64,000 nucleotides of DNA, from assembly GCA_029775855.1 (NCBI GenBank), contig JARVJZ010000004.1, forward strand, positions 1 to 64,000, given 5' to 3'. Each line of letters opens with the position of its first letter. The first letter of the stretch is position 1. This document shows positions 57,902 through 64,000 of this stretch, piece by piece. Position numbers and translations under genes: made by a program. The notes beneath the pieces are model-generated. The model did no database searches. It had not been told where the DNA came from and was given only the letters and a program-made list of their open reading frames with translations. The DNA is from Nitrososphaeria archaeon. GTDB taxonomy: Archaea > Thermoproteota > Nitrososphaeria > Nitrososphaerales > JAAOZN01.

Positions 57902-58753
57902 ATGAGTAGAGAAGTGTTTGAAGTATACAAAGGTTCAAGCGACTATGTAGCCTCTGAGTCTCTCAAAAACGCTGTAAACGCTGCAATAACCTTAGGACGA
58001 CCCTTACTTGTGCGCGGAGAGCCTGGTACTGGCAAAACATTGCTAGCACACAGCATAGCAAGAGCGCTCGGTAAGCGACTAATAGTCTTTAACGTTAAGT
58101 CTACAACCAAAGCACAAGAGGCGCTATATGTCTATGATACTGTCAGAAGGTTAAATGATGCTAGGTTTGGCGATAGGGATGTGTCTGACATTAAGCAGTA
58201 TATCAAGTTAGGTAAGTTAGGTGAGGCGTTTGCTTCACCCGAGCAAGTTGTGCTCTTAATAGATGAAATAGATAAAGCTGACCCAGAGTTCCCTAACGAT
58301 CTCCTTAACGAATTGGACGAAATGTCTTTTTACATACCCGAAACTGGTGAAACTATTAGGGCTAAGCATCGCCCTATAGTTATTATAACTAGTAACGCTG
58401 AAAAAGAGCTTCCAGATGCTTTCTTGAGGCGATGCATATTCCACTACATAGAGTTTCCAGACCCAGAAACTATGGAGAAGATCGTCAAGGTTCATTATCC
58501 AAATCTTCGTGAAGACTTGCTTAAAGAAGCAATCAAAACCTTCTATAAGATTAGGAGTATTGATGATTTGAAGAAGAAGCCGTCTACAAGCGAGCTGCTT
58601 GACTGGATTTACGTTCTTTTACGGGCTGATGTAAGTCCTGATAAGATATCGAAAGAAGTCCCGTTTATCAATGTGTTATTGAAGAAAGAGACAGACTTCC
58701 ACTACTTTGTGAATAACTATTTGGGTAAAGGTAGCGGGTTGCTAAGGCGTTAA
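57902..58753 (+). CDS. MoxR-family AAA+ ATPase
   Basis: RPLLVRGEPGTGKT, LIDEIDKAD.EFPNDLL, TSNAEKELPDAFLRRC and KKPSTSEL. Confidence 0.95.
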   Translation: MSREVFEVYKGSSDYVASESLKNAVNAAITLGRPLLVRGEPGTGKTLLAHSIARALGKRLIVFNVKSTTKAQEALYVYDTVRRLNDARFGDRDVSDIKQYIKLGKLGEAFASPEQVVLLIDEIDKADPEFPNDLLNELDEMSFYIPETGETIRAKHRPIVIITSNAEKELPDAFLRRCIFHYIEFPDPETMEKIVKVHYPNLREDLLKEAIKTFYKIRSIDDLKKKPSTSELLDWIYVLLRADVSPDKISKEVPFINVLLKKETDFHYFVNNYLGKGSGLLRR

Positions 58754-58755
58754 GT

Positions 58756-59928
58756 TTGTTCACAGGCTTCTTTTACACACTTAGGAAGCATAAGGTTCCG
58801 GTCAGTCTAACGGAATGGATGACTTTGATGGATGCGTTATCTAAAGGTCTTGCTCAATCTAGTCTGGAAAATTTCTACTACTTGGCTAGAGCGATATTAG
58901 TTAAGAGTGAGGCCTTATACGATGCATACGACCAAGCTTTTCAAGAATACTTTAAAGGGCTTGAAGGTACCGCTGAGATTAGAGACGAGATCTGGGAGTG
59001 GCTACAGAATCCTCTTGTAAAAGAACTATTCACCCCAGAAGAAATCGATGCTATGAGCAATATGAGTCTAGGGGAATTAATGCGTGAGTTTGAGAAGAGG
59101 CTTAGAGAGCAGAGGTCAAGACACGACGGAGGCTCATACTGGATAGGGACAGGAGGAACCAGCCCATTTGGACACTCAGGCTATCATCCAGCAGGCATCA
59201 GAGTAGGCGGTGAGTCTAGAAGTCTAAGAGCGGTAAAAGTAGCTGGAGAAAGGCGCTTCAAAAACTTGAGGAGAGACGTTATCTTAGATGTAAGACAGAT
59301 GGAGATAGCCCTCAAATCTCTAAGAATTCTAAGTAGAGTAGGCCCAGAAGACGAGCTTGACCTAGAAGGCACGATAGATGCTACAGCGAAGAATGCTGGT
59401 GAGCTTGAGTTAAGGTGGAGGCGTAGTAGACGCAACACCGTAAAACTCCTCTTACTTATGGATGTAGGTGGTTCAATGGATCCCTACGCTGGGCTCTGTA
59501 GTAGGCTGTTTACCGCAGCTAACGCGGCGACGCATTTTAAAGACTTCAAATACTTTTACTTCCATAACTGCATATATGATAAACTCTATACCGACATGGA
59601 GCGTCAAGAGTGGGTTAACACAAAATGGGTTCTACAATCATTGGATTCTGAATACAAGGTGATAATTGTTGGGGACGCTATGATGGCTACAACTGAACTT
59701 GTATCACCCTATGGCGCTATAAATTACAGCGACTTTAACGAGACACCTGGAATAGTTTGGTTAAGGGAGGTTGCTGAACACTTTCCATACTCTATTTGGC
59801 TTAACCCGGTTGAGCCCTATTACTGGGACCATACCACTATAAGTATGATAAGAAGGATATTCCCAATGTATCATCTTACTTTAGACGGGTTGACTGAAGG
59901 GATTAAAAGGTTAGTAGCGCGGCGATAA
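58756..59928 (+). CDS. vWA-containing CoxE-like protein
   Basis: WIGTGGTSPFGH, MDVGGSMDP, YFHNC, VGDAMM and WLNP. Confidence 0.92.
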   Translation: MFTGFFYTLRKHKVPVSLTEWMTLMDALSKGLAQSSLENFYYLARAILVKSEALYDAYDQAFQEYFKGLEGTAEIRDEIWEWLQNPLVKELFTPEEIDAMSNMSLGELMREFEKRLREQRSRHDGGSYWIGTGGTSPFGHSGYHPAGIRVGGESRSLRAVKVAGERRFKNLRRDVILDVRQMEIALKSLRILSRVGPEDELDLEGTIDATAKNAGELELRWRRSRRNTVKLLLLMDVGGSMDPYAGLCSRLFTAANAATHFKDFKYFYFHNCIYDKLYTDMERQEWVNTKWVLQSLDSEYKVIIVGDAMMATTELVSPYGAINYSDFNETPGIVWLREVAEHFPYSIWLNPVEPYYWDHTTISMIRRIFPMYHLTLDGLTEGIKRLVARR

Positions 59929-59999
59929 ATTAAAGCACTTTTAATATTAGAGGCAAACAATATATCGAACTTAAATTTATCAAAAAAGATGTGGAGTAG

Positions 60000-60479
60000 T
60001 TGGTTATAGTGAAAGATGAGTTAAGTAAGAAGATAGAAGAGCTGATACTAATGGAGGAGATGCAGTCTCAGCAGCTTTCTGTAGGTGTCAAAACCCTTGG
60101 ATCCGTTATGGTCAAAGAGATCCTAAATGGTGTAGCGCTAGACTCTAAAGAGCATGCAGGCTTCTATAGAGCCATTAAAACTCTGCTTACAGAGGAAAGC
60201 TCGCCTCTAATAGAGGATGAGTATATGAAAATGGAGAACATAATTAGAACACATATTCAAGTTGAGGATAGAATGAAGCGAGCCGCTGCAGAACTCCTCG
60301 CAAAAGTAGAGGATTCGAGAGTGAAGCATCTCTTAAAGGAGATCCTTCAAGATGAGATAAGGCATCACAAGCTGATGCAGAACCTCTTAGAAAGTATAGT
60401 TAAGAGGACCATTATGGAGGAGGATGTTTGGGATATGATTTGGAAAGATGTTCCTGGGCATGGTGCTCCAATAGGATAA
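60000..60479 (+). CDS. ferritin-like/rubrerythrin-fold diiron protein
   Basis: EE...DSKEH and E...DEIRHH carboxylate-His pattern. Confidence 0.8.
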   Translation: MVIVKDELSKKIEELILMEEMQSQQLSVGVKTLGSVMVKEILNGVALDSKEHAGFYRAIKTLLTEESSPLIEDEYMKMENIIRTHIQVEDRMKRAAAELLAKVEDSRVKHLLKEILQDEIRHHKLMQNLLESIVKRTIMEEDVWDMIWKDVPGHGAPIG

Positions 60480-60481
60480 GC

Positions 60482-60928
60482 CTAATCTTGCTGAGATTCA
60501 CTTTCGTAGTCAAGTATATGCTTTTCTTCTTCGGATAGTTTCTTGCCTATATGGCTATAGACGCCAATTTTCAACGCCTTATAGGGTAGAAGGGCGCATT
60601 TAATTCTGACGGGGTTGAGCCCGAGCGTCTCTATCCCTAATGCTTCAAGTAGATCTTTTTTAGAGAAGGATAGTAGATCATCAAGTTTCTTACCTTTTAG
60701 GAGCTCTGTCATCAAGGAGGCTGATGCAACACTTATCGCGCAACCTCTGCCTTTGAACTTTATATCTTTAACATTCTTCTCTTCATCGAACTTTATATAG
60801 AGTTCGATGTCGTCACCGCAAAGCGGGTTAGATTCCTGAACCTTTATTTCAGCATCTTCTATGCTACCATAGTTTCTTGGATGCCGGTAGTAGTCTAGTA
60901 TCATGTCTCGATAGATTTCTGAGCTCAT
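60482..60928 (-). CDS. sufU: SufU/IscU Fe-S scaffold
   Basis: YRDMILDYY, NPLCGD, GCAIS.ASAS and RIKCALL. Confidence 0.93.
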   Translation of the reverse strand: MSSEIYRDMILDYYRHPRNYGSIEDAEIKVQESNPLCGDDIELYIKFDEEKNVKDIKFKGRGCAISVASASLMTELLKGKKLDDLLSFSKKDLLEALGIETLGLNPVRIKCALLPYKALKIGVYSHIGKKLSEEEKHILDYESESQQD

Positions 60929-62160
60929 AGCTTAAATATGCGCCTCGCTTTATTTAGCCCTTCCACCAACGCGTCTACGTCGCTTTCAGCATTGTAGAGG
61001 TAGAAGCTTGCTCTTGCTGTTGCTGCTACACCGAGCTTATTCATTAGTGGCATAGCGCAGTGATGACCAGCTCTTAGGGCGATGCCCTCTTCGTCGAGTA
61101 TTGTTGCCAAGTCATGGGGGTGTATGTTTGCCAGATTAAATGATATGACAGCACCACGCTGCTCTAAATTATTGGTTCCATAGATCTTTAAGTCTGATAT
61201 TTCACTTAATGTTTCAAGAGCATATTTTGTGAGTTTAATCTCATGCTTCCTAATTCTACTAATCCCTATTGAATTAAGATAATCTACTGCAGCGCCTAAA
61301 CCTATAACATCGGCTATGGATGATGTGCCAGCCTCAAACTTCCAAGGTAGTTCATTCCATTCTGAGTTCTCTAACCAAACTCTGCTTATCATGTCTCCGC
61401 CACCTAAGAAGGGATTCATATCTTCAAGCAGATCTCTTTTGCCGTAAAGCACCCCAACACCTAAAGGGCCAAGGGCTTTATGACCAGAAAAGGCTAGGAA
61501 GTCACAGCCGATTTCTTGAACATCTACCTGCATATGAGGGACAGATTGGGCAGCATCAACTACAGTGATCGCACCAATTTTATGCGCATGCTCTACTATT
61601 TTCTTAACGTTGTTTATTGTTCCAAGCACATTTGAAACATGCGTTATGCTAACGATCTTAGGTCTTTTTTCCATAAGCCTATCTACTTCATCATCCACAA
61701 GCAGCCCCTCTTTATCTATAGAAATGTAGTCGATCTTGGCTTTAGTATACTTTGATATAAGCTGCCAAGGCACGATGTTGCTGTGATGCTCCATTTCCGT
61801 TAGTAGTATGTGATCTCCTTCTCTTAAGTTATTTAGTCCCCAGCTGTATGCTACCAAGTTTAGGGCTTCGGTTGCGTTCTTTGTGAAGATTATTTCAGAT
61901 TCTTTTGCGTTGATAAACTTAGCAACTTTCTTTCTGGCGTTTTCGAAGGCTTCTGTCGCCTCTACACTTAGTCTATAGACACCTCTATGGATGTTCGCGT
62001 TGTAATCTTGATAAAATTCACGCATCGCTTCTATGACTTGGCGCGGCTTCTGAGTTGTGGCTGCATTGTCCAGATATATCAGCCGTTTACCGTAGACTCT
62101 TCTTTTAAAGATCGGAAAATCTTGCTTTATTATTTCTGGGTCTAGCAGGTCTGGGCACAT
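60925..62160 (-). CDS. sufS: SufS cysteine desulfurase
   Basis: YLDNAATTQKP, MEHHSNIVPWQ, SGHK, FEAGT and RAGHHCAMPL. Confidence 0.96.
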   Translation of the reverse strand: MCPDLLDPEIIKQDFPIFKRRVYGKRLIYLDNAATTQKPRQVIEAMREFYQDYNANIHRGVYRLSVEATEAFENARKKVAKFINAKESEIIFTKNATEALNLVAYSWGLNNLREGDHILLTEMEHHSNIVPWQLISKYTKAKIDYISIDKEGLLVDDEVDRLMEKRPKIVSITHVSNVLGTINNVKKIVEHAHKIGAITVVDAAQSVPHMQVDVQEIGCDFLAFSGHKALGPLGVGVLYGKRDLLEDMNPFLGGGDMISRVWLENSEWNELPWKFEAGTSSIADVIGLGAAVDYLNSIGISRIRKHEIKLTKYALETLSEISDLKIYGTNNLEQRGAVISFNLANIHPHDLATILDEEGIALRAGHHCAMPLMNKLGVAATARASFYLYNAESDVDALVEGLNKARRIFKL

Positions 62161-62289
62161 TTCGCTACACTCCGTTGGGTAACGTAGGTTTTATCTGTTT
62201 ATGTAAAGTTGTTATTGGTGTGCTTCTTCGCTTCATGTCTTCTTCTAATATGTTTTTCATAACAATGTTATATAAGCTTTCATAACTAC

Positions 62290-62961
62290 TTAGCGAGCAA
62301 GCCTGCTTGCATCTCGAAAGACATTTATCCACATACTCCAAGTAAGCCTACCTGTCTGAGTGTTCTGGCGGCTAGGATGATAAGAGTCAACTAGAATACG
62401 GCTGTGCCCATCAAATCTGATTATTTGACCGTGCTTGAATGGTCTGCTTACCAATCCTGACACCCTGAGGTAGGTGTTGTGCGCCAACCTACCAAGAGCC
62501 AAAACAACCTTAACGTCTCTGAGAATATCAAGCTCAGCCTTAAGATATCTTGAGCAGTTTTCAACTTCGCTTGTTAAAGGTTTGTTCGCAGGCGGCACGC
62601 ACCTAACTACTGCAGACACATATACACCATTTAAGACCAACCCGTCACTGCGTGAGACGCTCATAGGCATATTTGCACAGCCAATCTCGTAAAGAGCTTT
62701 AACAAGCCATGCTCCTGAACTGTCTCCTGTAAACATGCGTCCGGTTCGGTTTCCACCGTGAGCTGCTGGTGCGAGTCCTAAAATGAGTAGCTTTGCGTAT
62801 GGATCTCCGAATCCCGGCAGTGGTTTAGCCCAGTATTCTTCGTCTCTGTATCTTTTTGGTGGGTTAAGAGCTACTTTCACTCTATGTTGAACGAGTCTAG
62901 GGCAGAGGTTGCAGCCTATAATTTGTGCAGAGAGAGCGTTAAGAGCTTCGATTCGGTTCAA
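62290..62961 (-). CDS. udgB: family 5 uracil-DNA glycosylase
   Basis: CxxCPRL, GLAPAAHGGNRTGRMFTGD and YHPSRQNTQTG. Confidence 0.93.
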   Translation of the reverse strand: MNRIEALNALSAQIIGCNLCPRLVQHRVKVALNPPKRYRDEEYWAKPLPGFGDPYAKLLILGLAPAAHGGNRTGRMFTGDSSGAWLVKALYEIGCANMPMSVSRSDGLVLNGVYVSAVVRCVPPANKPLTSEVENCSRYLKAELDILRDVKVVLALGRLAHNTYLRVSGLVSRPFKHGQIIRFDGHSRILVDSYHPSRQNTQTGRLTWSMWINVFRDASRLAR

Positions 62962-63998
62962 TTCTCAATTTCGCCTTGCACCATCTTTTGTAGCTGAGTT
63001 AGAGGCACTTCTGTTTCCTCCGAGATCTTTTCTAGATCTTTAAATTCTGGTTTCACTCTAATCAGCTTTCCTTCCGGTGTCTCTGAGACCTTAACTCTAA
63101 CCTTATACTTTTTACCCTTTATATTCAGAATCTTAGTTTCCATCCGTCTTCTTGCTAAATATCTTGGTATTGTAAGAGTTCTTACACCAAGCGTGCCTGT
63201 CTCAAGCATGAGAATGTTGCTGAGCTTAAACGCTTCTTCCTGCCTACAAAGAACTTTGATAACCCATCCTGGTCTTCCCTTCTTCAAGTATGCTGGTGTC
63301 GTAGCTACATCGAGCGCCCCTTGTTTCATTAATATTTCAGATGTTCTGCTTATTACTTCACCAGTCACATCATCGACATTAGTTTCTAGTTGAACTATTG
63401 TGTCTTGGGTGTCTTCTGCAGTTTTACTCCCTAAGATTATGCGTAGTATGTTTGGTAGAGCATCTATTTCTTTTAAGCCGCCGCCGAAGCCTATCTTTAT
63501 TGGGGTGATCTGTGGGTAGAATCTTGTGGGCTTAGGATTTAGGGCTGCTAATAGCGATGCACCAGTAGGTGTTGTGAGCTCCATCTCAACAGGTCCTCCG
63601 TGGAAGGGTATTTCGCTTATGGTGAGTATGCTTAGGGCTGCTGGAGATGGAGATGGTGTTATCCCGTGTGAGAATTTTATAAGGCCGCCTCCTACCGCTA
63701 CTGGAGTCGCATATATTTGTGCGTCAAGCAGATCTAGTTGCTCTAAGGCAACTGCAGCACCAATAGCTTCTGCTAATGTATCTGCTCCAGCTGTCTCGTG
63801 TAAGTGTAGGTTATCTATAGTTTTATTGTGAAGATGTGCTTCGGTGTCGATTAACATCTTTACAGCTCTATAGGCGTATTCAGCTGCCTTCTTTGTGTGT
63901 GTAGTAATTTTTGCGGCTGTCTTTACAGCTTCTAGTATCTCGGTTGGTGTATAGCTTGTTTCTCTCTGTTTATATTTGGCTTTTATTAGTTTGCATCT
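62958..63998 (-). CDS. larC: nickel-pincer cofactor biosynthesis protein LarC, 5'-truncated by the window edge
   Basis: HLHETAGAD, HGITPSPSPA, ELTTPTGA, LETNVDD, KKGRPG, ETGTLGVR and KPEFKD. Frame stays open to the window end. Confidence 0.92.
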   Translation of the reverse strand, partial: RCKLIKAKYKQRETSYTPTEILEAVKTAAKITTHTKKAAEYAYRAVKMLIDTEAHLHNKTIDNLHLHETAGADTLAEAIGAAVALEQLDLLDAQIYATPVAVGGGLIKFSHGITPSPSPAALSILTISEIPFHGGPVEMELTTPTGASLLAALNPKPTRFYPQITPIKIGFGGGLKEIDALPNILRIILGSKTAEDTQDTIVQLETNVDDVTGEVISRTSEILMKQGALDVATTPAYLKKGRPGWVIKVLCRQEEAFKLSNILMLETGTLGVRTLTIPRYLARRRMETKILNIKGKKYKVRVKVSETPEGKLIRVKPEFKDLEKISEETEVPLTQLQKMVQGEIEN

Positions 63999-64000
63999 GA

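Noticed and set aside
62958-63998. Programmed frameshift in larC as in Lactobacillus
   Set aside because: The visible portion is one continuous reading frame through both domains.

Overview
Archaeal chromosomal DNA, most likely from a thermophilic, basal Nitrososphaeria (Thaumarchaeota)-like TACK lineage. This placement is inferred from a CdvB/ESCRT-III paralogue, the UPF0182-Hsp20-Clp1 block, a type II GAPDH, class III signal-peptide pilins and an ATTGAAAG-ended CRISPR repeat. The window runs as follows. (1) The 3' part of a Csx1-like CARF/HEPN gene, then a CRISPR array of 29 repeats transcribed leftwards. (2) Housekeeping genes from 2.9 to 12.2 kb. (3) A ~27 kb accessory region (12.4-39.5 kb) holding an ArsM plus arsenosugar-type glycosyltransferase cluster, three Tat-exported DMSO-reductase-family molybdoenzyme modules, two radical SAM enzymes, two TolB-like propellers and an exported rhodanese. 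(4) A type IV pilus locus with a NorQ/NorD-like AAA-vWA pair and a large Ig-repeat surface protein. (5) pgk-gap, a second MoxR-vWA pair, sufS-sufU, udgB and a partial larC. The most striking structure is a perfect 406-bp inverted repeat (25250-25655 and 32619-33024). It encodes an identical 5' leader, Tat signal and Thr-rich stalk on two otherwise divergent molybdoenzymes. It brackets a 7-kb segment carrying both predicted promoters, so it is a candidate promoter-swapping inversion or a modular surface-display cassette. All family assignments come from motif recognition by eye; no searches were run.
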